Below, piece after piece: positions 30,853 through 40,403 of a DNA stretch of 64,000 bases. Below the pieces are notes generated by a model. That model had not been told where the DNA came from and ran no database searches. It saw nothing but the letters and a program-made list of their open reading frames with translations. Numbering within the stretch: the stretch's first letter is position 1; each line of letters begins with the position of its first letter. The stretch lies in the NCBI GenBank assembly GCA_029261715.1, contig JAJDAT010000005.1, positions 192,487 through 256,486 on the forward strand, read 5' to 3'. A program made the translations under genes and the position numbers. The DNA comes from Nitrospinia bacterium. GTDB taxonomy: Bacteria > Nitrospinota > Nitrospinia > Nitrospinales > JAJDAT01.

Positions 30853-31050
30853 CTAGAAAGAAATCGAACGGCGATTTGCAGCTTTTCTCTTCTTTTTGGC
30901 TTCTTTAATCTTCAGTTTTTTCTTGAGGGAAGGCTTCATGTAAAAACGTCTACGTTTAAGCTCTTTGAATAAACCTTCCTTGCTGATTTGGCGTTTTAAA
31001 ATTTTTAACGCCCTATCTACCTGATTCTGATAAACGAGTACTTGTAAAAT
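30853..31050 (-). CDS. rpsU: 30S ribosomal protein S21 with a non-canonical (ATT) start; absent from the ORF track
   Basis: Manual translation (I)LQVLVYQNQVDRALKILKRQISKEGLFKELKRRRFYMKPSLKKKLKIKEAKKKRK...; GGAG five nt before ATT; in-frame TAA six codons upstream. Confidence 0.88.
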   Translation of the reverse strand: MLQVLVYQNQVDRALKILKRQISKEGLFKELKRRRFYMKPSLKKKLKIKEAKKKRKAANRRSISF

Positions 31051-31070
31051 GAGATCTCCAGACTTTTAGT

Positions 31071-31250
31071 TTATTGGGTTTCAGATTTTTCCGATTCTTC
31101 AGACGGCTTTTCAGCGGGTTTTCCCGTTTTTTTATTTTTCATAAAAAGAGAAGGGGACTCCAACTGCTGTTTAGATCGGATGTTTAATTTTTTTACCGAA
31201 ATAACTTCTTTCAAGTTTCCGGAACCGTCGTATACTTTAACTTCATGCAT
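31071..31250 (-). CDS. 59-aa hypothetical protein upstream of rpsU; absent from the ORF track
   Basis: MHEVKVYDGSGNLKEVISVKKLNIRSKQQLESPSLFMKNKKTGKPAEKPSEESEKSETQ; stop 20 nt before the rpsU start. Confidence 0.7.
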   Translation of the reverse strand: MHEVKVYDGSGNLKEVISVKKLNIRSKQQLESPSLFMKNKKTGKPAEKPSEESEKSETQ

Positions 31251-31291
31251 AAAATTTCGCTTTAACCTGTTTACTTACCGACGTTATTGAC

Positions 31292-31322
31292 AAAAAAATA
31301 GCCTCTCCAAAAAGGAGTGGCA
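31292..31322 (-). terminator. Intrinsic terminator-like hairpin
   Basis: Minus strand GCCACTCC-TTTTT-GGAGAGGC followed by TATTTTTTT. Confidence 0.5.
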
Positions 31323-31506
31323 CAAATATAAGTTCCTTTAGGATTATTAAACCTTGCCTCAAGTGAGTGAACTGGAGGGAAACAGTGAGAGAATACCATG
31401 TGTGGTAAAAATTACAAAGAGATTTAAGCTATTAATTTTCAATAATTCTCTAATTTATAAGAGAAAAGATGGCTTTACCCTGAAAAAAAGGTGATTTTTC
31501 AGATAA

Positions 31507-33882
31507 TTAGTCATTTTCTTCCACAGATCGTACTTGGTTTAGGGCTTCTAAAACCTTTTGGTAATCGTATTTTTGAGAAAATACCTTTAAATGATTAGCT
31601 AAATTCAACCCTTTTTCGCCATTTTGGCTCAACTCTTCCAAAGCTTTTGAAAGCTCCGTTATATTATAGCTTTGTGCGCCATCTTTTAGTCTATAAAGCA
31701 GGTTTTCTTGCAGTTCAAACTTAGAAAAGTCTAATTGTGAACTTTTTTGAGCTGAGAATTGCTCCGAAACAGGGGGGGCTACTTCAAATTCAATGCCTAA
31801 AAGTTCCACTAAACATTCAAATATTTTGTCTGTTTTGAATGGTTTTAATAAAAATTTATCGCAATTGTAATCTTCAATTTTATTTCCTCCTTCCTCAAAA
31901 ACAGAGGCAGTGAGCATCACCATTTTGGGAGAGGTGGAGGAGGATTCTTTTTTTATAATTTCTATAGTTTCGGATCCGTTCAACCCGGGCATTTGAAAAT
32001 CCATAAATACGATATCGAATAGGCAATCTCTGGTTTTTGCTATAGCTTCTTTTCCGTCTTCTGCAACGGATACTTCTACGTCTATACTTTCCAAAAAGTT
32101 TTTCAATACGTCTCTGTTTGTTAAGTTATCGTCCACTACCAAAGCTTGGATTCTCTTTTCACTTTTTATTTTTTTCACATTCTCAAAGCGTGATTTATTA
32201 TTTGTTTCAGTATTTTCTATTGAAGGAGGAAGTTTAAGAGTGAAGAAAAAAGTAGAACCTTTTCCTAATTCGGATTCTACTTTTAATGTTCCTCCCATTA
32301 GCTCTACTTGTTTTAGAGAAATAGCCAAACCCAGACCAGTGCCTCCTTTATTGATGCCTTCTTTACCTTGCATGAAAGTTTCAAAAAGGTTTTCCTGCCC
32401 CTCATTAGAGATGCCTTTACCTGTATCTATTGTCTCAAAACGATAATGATTGTCTGGTTCGGAAAGCATTCGGAGTTTAACCTCGCCAGAGTCGGCAAAC
32501 TTAACGGCATTACCTAATAAATTAATTAAGACCTGACGTAGTTTTGTTTCGTCTCCAACTACCCAAATTGAGTCGTTTCCATAAGCTTCATTGACCCAGT
32601 CTAAAGATTTAGCGTTACACCGAAATTCAAACATATTTGACATTTCTCTGACCAAATCGTTCAAATCGAAATCTGAAGGGTTTAATTCCATCTTTCCCGC
32701 TTCGATTTTAGACAAATCAAGGATCTCATCAATTAGGTTCAGTAGGTGGTTTCCGCTATTCAATATATTTTGAACAAACACTTTGCTTTCTTGATCCAGG
32801 TCATGGTTTCTTTCAAGGATTTGGGCATAGCCTAAGACTGCATTCATTGGCGTTCGAATTTCATGGCTCATATTTGCTAAAAAAATACTTTTAGCGGCAT
32901 TAGCTCCTTCCGCAACATTTCTAGCTTCGGCCAATTCAGCCGTTCTACTTTTAACTTGTTTTACAAGCGTTTTGTTCCATATCAAAATGATTACCACGCC
33001 AAATAGAACTAATATCCCAAAGAAGACCATTAAAATATTTTTTAAAGAAACCAAGCCTTCAAGTTTGACTCCAGCCCACTTGCGGTAAATTTGTTTTCTT
33101 TCTTCTGGATTAATTTGGGCTAATCCCTTTTCCAATATTGAATTTAATATTGGCCAATCTTTTCTTGATGCGATGCCCCATTTATAAATAAAACCTGACT
33201 CGCCGCCAATTCTCAAATTGGTAATGCCGCCTTCCTCAATGTAGTGAGTTGCTAGCGCAACATTAACAATCATGGCGTCTACGAGTCCAAACGAGACTTT
33301 CTTCAATCCTGTTTGAATGTCTGGAATGGGATCCAGCTCCAAGTCGGGATACTTATTAGATAAATAATCATGCACGCCATATCCGGATAAAACGGCGACG
33401 CGCATCCCTTTCAGATCGTCGATATTATTCAGGAGTTTATTAACGCTTTTTCTAACTAGAATGACGGCTGGAAGCTCAATGAAAGGTTTGGTAAACAGCA
33501 TATACTCCATGCGCTGGGGTGTAGGAGTGGCTGCGCCCCACATATCGTTTTTTTTCTCTTTCGTTTTTTGAAGAACGTCGTCCCAATTCTTCAACGATAG
33601 AATATTGAATTTAACTTTTAATTTTTTTTCCAAAAGATGAATGTAGTCGGCGGCAATGCCTTTATAGTTCCCCTGTCCGTCAATATACTCGATAGGAAGA
33701 AACTCTGGGTCTGGAGCAAGATTGATTGAAGGGTGCTCAGATAACCACTTTTTTTCTTTTTTAGAAAGAAATTCAGGAAATGTTTTTTTAGCGGGTTTTG
33801 AAAGACAAACTTCGGCAAAAAAACTCAAAAATAGCGTAAGAGATATTAATATAATAAACGCTCTTTTGCTTACAGAAATCAT
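31507..33882 (-). CDS. Hybrid sensor histidine kinase (periplasmic SBP_bac_3, HisKA, HATPase, REC)
   Basis: FLANMSHEIRTPMN, LINLLGNAVKF, GGTGLGL, LVVDD...FMDFQMPGLNG. Confidence 0.95.
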   Translation of the reverse strand: MISVSKRAFIILISLTLFLSFFAEVCLSKPAKKTFPEFLSKKEKKWLSEHPSINLAPDPEFLPIEYIDGQGNYKGIAADYIHLLEKKLKVKFNILSLKNWDDVLQKTKEKKNDMWGAATPTPQRMEYMLFTKPFIELPAVILVRKSVNKLLNNIDDLKGMRVAVLSGYGVHDYLSNKYPDLELDPIPDIQTGLKKVSFGLVDAMIVNVALATHYIEEGGITNLRIGGESGFIYKWGIASRKDWPILNSILEKGLAQINPEERKQIYRKWAGVKLEGLVSLKNILMVFFGILVLFGVVIILIWNKTLVKQVKSRTAELAEARNVAEGANAAKSIFLANMSHEIRTPMNAVLGYAQILERNHDLDQESKVFVQNILNSGNHLLNLIDEILDLSKIEAGKMELNPSDFDLNDLVREMSNMFEFRCNAKSLDWVNEAYGNDSIWVVGDETKLRQVLINLLGNAVKFADSGEVKLRMLSEPDNHYRFETIDTGKGISNEGQENLFETFMQGKEGINKGGTGLGLAISLKQVELMGGTLKVESELGKGSTFFFTLKLPPSIENTETNNKSRFENVKKIKSEKRIQALVVDDNLTNRDVLKNFLESIDVEVSVAEDGKEAIAKTRDCLFDIVFMDFQMPGLNGSETIEIIKKESSSTSPKMVMLTASVFEEGGNKIEDYNCDKFLLKPFKTDKIFECLVELLGIEFEVAPPVSEQFSAQKSSQLDFSKFELQENLLYRLKDGAQSYNITELSKALEELSQNGEKGLNLANHLKVFSQKYDYQKVLEALNQVRSVEEND

Positions 33883-34088
33883 AGTGTCGAATCTTTTTTA
33901 AGCGTGAGGTATTGACCCTTTCAAAATGAAGAGGCGAAATCATTCTATATCAATAAACTGATCTGGCAAACTCGATGAAAGATATTTTCTATAATTATCG
34001 ACGCTGTTGAGCTGGCGAGGTAGGAAATGCCAGAGTTGGGCCACAGAATGCACAGAAAAACACAGAAGTAGAAAAGTTTTCTCTACAC

Positions 34089-34141
34089 GTCATCCAGAGG
34101 CGATATGAAATATCGGCGAAGGATCTCGCCTCGATTTAATA
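34089..34141 (+). repeat. Left imperfect inverted repeat of a gene cassette
   Basis: GTCATCCAGAGGCGATATGAAATATCGGCGAAGGATCTCGCCTCGATTTAATA. Confidence 0.7.
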
Positions 34142-34218
34142 AAGTTTCATTTCGTAAAACAAAATCGAAATAGTATAATTATGGCTTGCAAAAAGACTAA
34201 TTTCCGAAGGATATCAAA

Positions 34219-35538
34219 TTGAATATTGTTGATTGGGCAACTATTATTGCGGCGGTATTTACTTGTCTTGGTTTTTGTCTTGCAGTTTTTACGTTGGCAT
34301 ATAACAAGATATTCCAAGACACGGGTTCGCGCGCTCGGATGGCAGAATGGCTTCAAAACGATTCTTGGGGAGAAGGCTATCGAAGCTTGCTCGGAGGAGC
34401 ACTCAATTGGCTAGAAAGTAAGATAGATGAAAAACCTCTTCCTCCAATAAACTCCAATTTGAAAACCCAGGGTAAATACTTTTTGAGAGGGAAAGTGTTT
34501 ACTTGGTGGTTCCCGTTTTCTGTTATTTATCCATTAGTCTTAATACTTTTAGAGTGGGTTTTAAGTGGTCAATCGGGATTGATTAGCGACTTGCCAAATG
34601 TGTCAATAGAGAATCGCTGTTTAGCGATCTTAGGTTATTTATTTCTCTTTTATTTATATTTTTTTATTCTAAAAAGTAGAAGAATAATCTATTCCTTTCT
34701 TATTTTTATCCTCATTTCCGCTATCTTTATCAAAATTAACAGTATTATCGCTTTTTCCATATCTTCCGTTCTTTATGTAGCTGCCAATGGCTTTATTCAA
34801 CCGGTTGCCGCTCTTGTTGGGGCTTCTTTTTATGCTGTGCCTATCGTTCTAATTGTTACTTTTGGAGAATTGAAAGGCAAGTTTAATTTGCTTTATGGTG
34901 TTTTTATTTTATTGATTTTTCCTTATCTAAATTGTTTTTTCGATTATTTGTCTTGGGGGGCTAGTCGTTGGTTATTGCATCGAATTGCTAAGAAGGAAAA
35001 TTTTTGGTGGACTTTTTTTTACGGGACTTTTGATTTATTTATTGGAGTGCTATGTCTTTTAGGACTCGCTTTTTGTCTGCCTTTGGCGATTCAATTTTTT
35101 ATTTCATTGATTGGCCCTTCTGTGATTGATCTAAAAAACTATTTAGAAATGATGATACAAGATCCTTTTGGAAGAGGACTGGGCATTACGGGTATGCTTT
35201 TTACGACTTTCATTCCTACGATAATTCATCTGGTTATTGCTCTTATTGCTTTATGTTTGCCTGGTGTTCCTTGGAGAGAAAGTACTGCGGAACGATTAGC
35301 TGTAAAACCCGATAATTTCTTCAATTGCGCTGGGGATATGGTGCGTGTTTTTGGGATCATGTTTATTCCTCCTATTATGGCGATAGTGTTGAGTGTGGTC
35401 ATCTATTTCAATGTTACTTTTATTCGCGAAGGTGTTGGGTGGTTTGGAGGAAAGCTTTATAACATACTATATATGCTATTGGGTTGGTGGGGTAGTGGCC
35501 ACAGAAAAATAGATCGTCTTTCATCATTGCAGAGTTAG
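34219..35538 (+). CDS. Polytopic membrane protein of unknown function
   Basis: 439-aa ORF with about ten hydrophobic segments; motifs NCFFDYLSWGASRWLL and MLFTTFIPTIIH. Confidence 0.75.
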   Translation: MNIVDWATIIAAVFTCLGFCLAVFTLAYNKIFQDTGSRARMAEWLQNDSWGEGYRSLLGGALNWLESKIDEKPLPPINSNLKTQGKYFLRGKVFTWWFPFSVIYPLVLILLEWVLSGQSGLISDLPNVSIENRCLAILGYLFLFYLYFFILKSRRIIYSFLIFILISAIFIKINSIIAFSISSVLYVAANGFIQPVAALVGASFYAVPIVLIVTFGELKGKFNLLYGVFILLIFPYLNCFFDYLSWGASRWLLHRIAKKENFWWTFFYGTFDLFIGVLCLLGLAFCLPLAIQFFISLIGPSVIDLKNYLEMMIQDPFGRGLGITGMLFTTFIPTIIHLVIALIALCLPGVPWRESTAERLAVKPDNFFNCAGDMVRVFGIMFIPPIMAIVLSVVIYFNVTFIREGVGWFGGKLYNILYMLLGWWGSGHRKIDRLSSLQS

Positions 35539-35578
35539 TGAGTTGTTGTCGGCCTTCGAGAGCCTCAGGCTGACATTC

Positions 35579-35632
35579 TATTGAGTCGAGGTGAGATCCT
35601 TCACCTATACTAGCGTATAGCTTCAGGATGAC
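35579..35632 (-). repeat. Right imperfect inverted repeat of a gene cassette
   Basis: Reverse complement GTCATCCTGAAGCTATACGCTAGTATAGGTGAAGGATCTCACCTCGACTCAATA matches 34089-34141. Confidence 0.7.
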
Positions 35633-35697
35633 ACGCAATAAAAACTGTGTAATGCCAGTTTCTTGAAAGTGATGATTGATGGTCTAATCACAAAATA

Positions 35698-35732
35698 AAA
35701 AACCCGCAGAGCAAAATGCCCTGCGGGTTTTT
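35698..35732. terminator. Bidirectional intrinsic terminator
   Basis: AAAAACCCGCAG-AGCAAAATGCC-CTGCGGGTTTTT between convergent genes. Confidence 0.8.
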
Positions 35733-35756
35733 GTATTTCTAAGCGAATAGAACTGT

Positions 35757-38015
35757 TTAGCCTTTTTGTTGCGCTCCAACATGGTTTAATGCGGAACCAG
35801 CTTTGAACCATTCGATTTCTTGTGAATTCAAAGTGTGCTTGAGCTCAATCGAATCTTCGCTACCATCTTGATGACTTACTTTCATGATAACGTTTTTGCC
35901 TGGAGTGATTTGATCTAACCCATCGAAACTGATTTTGTCATTTGCTTTAACTTTTCCATAATCGTCTTTATTGATTAAATGAAAAGGTAAAACAGCTTGT
36001 TTCTTGAGGTTAGCTTCGAAAATCCGTGCGTAAGATTTGGAAATGAAAGCCAAACAACCCATGTGCCGAGGCTCCATAGCTGCATGTTCACGACTGGAAC
36101 CTTCGCCGATATTTTCGTCGCCAAACGCTACCCATCCTTTACCTTGGCTTTTGTAGTGTCGAGCAATTTTGTTCAACTCTTCAGCAGCGCCAGTATCTGG
36201 ATGAATGCCTTTTCCGGTTTCGTCGCAGAACTCGTGATTAGCGCCCAAGAACATATTGTTACTGATATTGTCCAAATGTCCTCGATATTTCAACCACGGA
36301 CCGGCTTGAGAAATGTGATCGGTGGTACATTTTCCTGCCGCTTTGAGCAGTACTGGCAAATCTTTGTAATCCGCAACTGGATCTTGTTTTGGAAATGCGT
36401 CTAAGATTGCCAAACGTTCGCTACTTGGATCGACTACCACTTCGCCGGAATTAGTTGGGGATTCGTAGCCGCTATCTTTAGATGCATAACCTTGGGAAGG
36501 ATAAACATCACCTTGAGGCGGTTCAAACCTAAAGTCTTTTCCATCTTCAGTCTTAATAGTATCCGTTAATGGATTGAAGTCGAAGGTTCCGCCAAAAGCC
36601 ATAGCAATAACGGTTTCAGGGCTACTGATGAAACTAAGCGTTTCTGGGTTACCGTCGTTTCTCTTAGCAAAGTTCCGGTTGTAAGAACTGATGATGCTGT
36701 TCTTATCGCCTTTTTTAATATCGTCTCGTTTCCATTGTCCGATACAAGGTCCGCAAGCGTTTGCTAAAACGGTTCCACCAACGTCTTCAAAATCTTTCAA
36801 GATTCCGTCGCGTTTGATTGTTTCAAAAATTCTTTCGGAACCTGGGGTGATCAACAAGTTACATTTTACTTTGAGACCGGCGCTCTTAGCTTGTCTTACT
36901 AAACTAACTGAGCGGGTCAAGTCTTCGTAACTGGAGTTGGTACAAGAACCGATAAGAGCTGCGCTGACTTTTTTAGGATAATCGTTCTTTTCGCAGTCGG
37001 CTTTCATCTCAGAAACGGTGCGTCCCAAGTCTGGGGTGTGCGGTCCAACAAGATGTGGCTCCAAAGTGGAAAGATCGATCTCGTGAACTTCGTCGTAGTA
37101 TTTTTCTGGGTTGGCTTCGCAGTCTGCGTCGGAAACCAATACGTCTTTGTACTTTTGACAAAGTTCGGCGAATGGAGCTCTTTCGGTCATTTTCAAGAAC
37201 TCGTCCATTGAATCGTCATATGCAAAGATAGAAGTTGTGGCTCCTAATTCCGCGCCCATATTGGTTACGGTACCTTTACTGGTTGCGCTTAAGGAACGCG
37301 CGCCTTCGCCAAAGTACTCTACTATTTTACCGGTACCGCCTTTTGCGGTAAGCATGGTAGCGACTTTTAAGATAATGTCTTTTGCAGCGGTCCAACCATT
37401 GAGTTTGCCAGTTAGTTTAATGCCGACAAGTTTAGGCATCTTGGTTGTGAAAGGTTGACCGGTCATTACGTCAACTGCGTCTGCTCCGCCAACTCCGATT
37501 GCTACCATTCCTAATCCGCCAGCGTTTGGAGTGTGCGAGTCGGTGCCAATCATCATGGTGCCTGGCAACGCATAATTTTCAATCACCACTTGGTGAATAA
37601 TTCCTGAACCTGGTTTCCAAAAACCCATTCCATACTTCATAGAGGCTGAGCGAAGGAAGTCGTAAACTTCTTTATTCAAATCAACCGCAGCTTTAAGGTC
37701 TTCCGCGCTTCCGGTATAAGCTTGAATCAAGTGATCACAGTGAACGGTTGTTGGTGCGCATACTTGAGGAATACCTGCCGACATAAACTGAAGAATAGCC
37801 ATTTGTGCGGTTGCGTCTTGCATTGCAACCCGGTCGGCTTTCAATTTAATATCGTCGGATCCTCTGACCAATTTAGAATAATCCACTGGGTCCATGTGAG
37901 AATAAAGAATTTTTTCGACAACGGTCAAATCCCTGCCTAAGTTTTTTCGAGCGTTATCATGAATTTCTTTCATCGATTGAAAAAGTTTTTCAATCGGGTC
38001 GACGTCCATTAACAT
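35757..38015 (-). CDS. acnA: Aconitate hydratase (mitochondrial-type subfamily)
   Basis: DRVAMQDATAQMA, HCDHLI, GTDSHTPN, IGSCTNSSYED, NACGPCIGQW, TTDHIS, GEGSSREHAA. Confidence 0.95.
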   Translation of the reverse strand: MLMDVDPIEKLFQSMKEIHDNARKNLGRDLTVVEKILYSHMDPVDYSKLVRGSDDIKLKADRVAMQDATAQMAILQFMSAGIPQVCAPTTVHCDHLIQAYTGSAEDLKAAVDLNKEVYDFLRSASMKYGMGFWKPGSGIIHQVVIENYALPGTMMIGTDSHTPNAGGLGMVAIGVGGADAVDVMTGQPFTTKMPKLVGIKLTGKLNGWTAAKDIILKVATMLTAKGGTGKIVEYFGEGARSLSATSKGTVTNMGAELGATTSIFAYDDSMDEFLKMTERAPFAELCQKYKDVLVSDADCEANPEKYYDEVHEIDLSTLEPHLVGPHTPDLGRTVSEMKADCEKNDYPKKVSAALIGSCTNSSYEDLTRSVSLVRQAKSAGLKVKCNLLITPGSERIFETIKRDGILKDFEDVGGTVLANACGPCIGQWKRDDIKKGDKNSIISSYNRNFAKRNDGNPETLSFISSPETVIAMAFGGTFDFNPLTDTIKTEDGKDFRFEPPQGDVYPSQGYASKDSGYESPTNSGEVVVDPSSERLAILDAFPKQDPVADYKDLPVLLKAAGKCTTDHISQAGPWLKYRGHLDNISNNMFLGANHEFCDETGKGIHPDTGAAEELNKIARHYKSQGKGWVAFGDENIGEGSSREHAAMEPRHMGCLAFISKSYARIFEANLKKQAVLPFHLINKDDYGKVKANDKISFDGLDQITPGKNVIMKVSHQDGSEDSIELKHTLNSQEIEWFKAGSALNHVGAQQKG

Positions 38016-38215
38016 TGAAATCTCCTTAAGTTAAAAAATGCAAAATAATAAAGATGGATTTTGCTTTAATGTTATATATTAGAAACTATTTCGTAATAAT
38101 ATTGTGATATGGGTTTTCTAGGCGGGTATTTTACATGATATACGTTTGACTGCAAAAGTTTTTTGAGCGTTTCCAGTTGTAAAACTTGATACTTATTAAT
38201 TTTCGAACCATATGA

Positions 38216-38989
38216 ATGAATTTTAAAATGGATTCAATTTTCGATTCAACGGCATTTAACCAAAACCTTTTTTTCCCTAGGCCCGATTATTCCAGTCCAC
38301 CAGGAAATGCTGAGGAAATATATATAGAAGTAGAGCCTGAGATAAAGGTTCACGCCAGAAAGTTTCCGGCTTCATCGGCGAGATTTAGCTTGATTTATTT
38401 TCACGGGAATGGAGAAGTTGTTTCTGATTACAACGACTTAGCTCAGGTGTTTGGAGCGATTGGCGGAGAGTTGGTTGCCGTCGACTATCGAGGTTATGGC
38501 AAGAGTACGGGATCTCCTTCTTTAAGAACGGTGTTGAATGACGCTTGTTCTATTTTTGAGTATTTGACGAAAAATAAGATAGTGCGTTCAGATATTTGTA
38601 TTATGGGTAGGTCTTTAGGAAGCGCATCGGCGATAGAGCTTGGAGTGAAGTATCCTGAAATCAACGCCTGCGTTATTGAAAGTGGCTATGCTGATCCTAT
38701 ACCTTTAGTAGAAAGACGCGGTTTGCGGGTAGATTCTATTACTCCAGAAGAAAACGCTGTGTTTAATAATAGCCAAAAAATCAAAAAGATAACGTCTCCT
38801 TTGTTAATCATGCATGGTAAAGAAGACATGATTATTTCTTACGCCGAGGCGGAGCTCAATTTTAAAAACGCGAGTTCTAAAGTTAAAGAATTGGAGTTGA
38901 TAGATGGGGTGGGGCATAACGATATTCTATTAGCCCCAAATAATAAGTATTTCGGGACCCTTGAAAAGTTTTTTTCAAAAGTATTTTAA
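38216..38989 (+). CDS. Alpha/beta hydrolase (BEM46/ABHD-like)
   Basis: YFHGNGE, DYRGYG, GRSLG, HGKED, GHND. Confidence 0.92.
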   Translation: MNFKMDSIFDSTAFNQNLFFPRPDYSSPPGNAEEIYIEVEPEIKVHARKFPASSARFSLIYFHGNGEVVSDYNDLAQVFGAIGGELVAVDYRGYGKSTGSPSLRTVLNDACSIFEYLTKNKIVRSDICIMGRSLGSASAIELGVKYPEINACVIESGYADPIPLVERRGLRVDSITPEENAVFNNSQKIKKITSPLLIMHGKEDMIISYAEAELNFKNASSKVKELELIDGVGHNDILLAPNNKYFGTLEKFFSKVF

Positions 38990-39078
38990 AAGTATCCTTG
39001 AGACTGAGAACTGCTTGCGTTTAGGTCCTTTATAATAGATATTAGTGAAAATTTAAATTCTGAAACTCAGGAATACCA

Positions 39079-40287
39079 ATGTTAAAAAAGTTTTATAATA
39101 TTGAAGGTATTGTCCGAAATGGTTACAAATTAAGCAGGGATTACCACACCCTTGATTTTTATTTTACAAAACTAGGAGATGCCGGGGTACAGGCTTTAGC
39201 TAAGTCTAGGTCGGTTAAAGAATTAAGAAGATTGATCTTAACCACGAATAAGCTAGGCCCGGATGCGATGCAAGCGCTTGCCGAGTCAAAAAGTCTTCCT
39301 AACTTACTTTCTCTTAAATTATACAAAAATAAAGTTGGCGACGAGGGCGTTAAGTTTTTGGCCGAATCTGAAAATCTTCCAGCGCTAAGATTTTTGCGTT
39401 TAGGTTGGAATCATATTTCCGCAAAAGGAGCCAAGTATTTAGCTGAATCTGAAAATTTGTCCAATCTGACAGCGTTGACGCTGGCTGATAACGAAATTGG
39501 TGACGAAGGCTTGAAAAGTATTGCGGCGACTAAAACTATGGTTAATTTGGAATCGCTGGATTTGAGAAATACGGGTATTACGGATGAAGGTGTATTGGCT
39601 TTGACACAAACCAAAACATTTAGAAACCTTCAAAACATTGATCTCACTAAAAATAATTTGACCGATAAGGGAAAAGACGCCGTTAAATTGTTTTTAATTG
39701 CCAACATGATCCGAAACCAACTGAGCGAAGATGGAAAAATCTTGGATTTAAGCGACAAAACTTTGGGCGATTTTCAAGTCAAAGCCGTTGCCGAATGCGA
39801 AGATATTGCCGGTATCGAACAGTTATTTTTAGAGCTGAATTATATAACTGCGGAAGGAGTTCGCAGTTTAGCTAATTCCCCAAATCTAACTAATTTGAAA
39901 CTACTTTCTTTAGATCGTAATCAAATTGGCGATGAAGGTGTCAAAGTGATTGCCGAATCGGAAACATTTTCTAATTTAACCGACTTGCTGGTCGAAAACG
40001 TTCAAATGGGCGATGAAGGTCTTGTGGCTATTGCAGAATCTGAGTTCATGGCAAATCTGATCAGATTGTATCTCGAAGGAAATAATTTTGGCGAAGTAGG
40101 AGAAGAAGCCCTCAAAGATTCTGAAATTTTAGAAAACCTTGAATTCCCAGAGTTTGAGGTTGAAGAAGAGGAAGAAGAGGAAGACGACGAGGAGGAGGAC
40201 GAAGATGAGGACGATGAGGACGATGAGGATGATGATGAAGAAGAGGATCTGGAAGACGAAAAAGAAGAGAATTCTCCCGAAGTTTAG
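39079..40287 (+). CDS. RNI/GALA-type LRR protein with a poly-acidic C-terminal tail
   Basis: About eleven LxLxxNxIGDEGxxxLAxS repeats; E/D-rich tail. Confidence 0.9.
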   Translation: MLKKFYNIEGIVRNGYKLSRDYHTLDFYFTKLGDAGVQALAKSRSVKELRRLILTTNKLGPDAMQALAESKSLPNLLSLKLYKNKVGDEGVKFLAESENLPALRFLRLGWNHISAKGAKYLAESENLSNLTALTLADNEIGDEGLKSIAATKTMVNLESLDLRNTGITDEGVLALTQTKTFRNLQNIDLTKNNLTDKGKDAVKLFLIANMIRNQLSEDGKILDLSDKTLGDFQVKAVAECEDIAGIEQLFLELNYITAEGVRSLANSPNLTNLKLLSLDRNQIGDEGVKVIAESETFSNLTDLLVENVQMGDEGLVAIAESEFMANLIRLYLEGNNFGEVGEEALKDSEILENLEFPEFEVEEEEEEEDDEEEDEDEDDEDDEDDDEEEDLEDEKEENSPEV

Positions 40288-40403
40288 ACGCTGAAATTCT
40301 AAGTCGTTGATTTTGGTTCGTAAATTGATTAAAATCAATAGGATAATGCCATAAAAGTAAAATTCTTAGATTTTGAAGATTTATTGTCGACCGAAAGGTT
40401 TAG

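Noticed and set aside
30766-30972. 68-aa plus-strand ORF
   Set aside because: Antisense to the rpsU frame, which has clear homology
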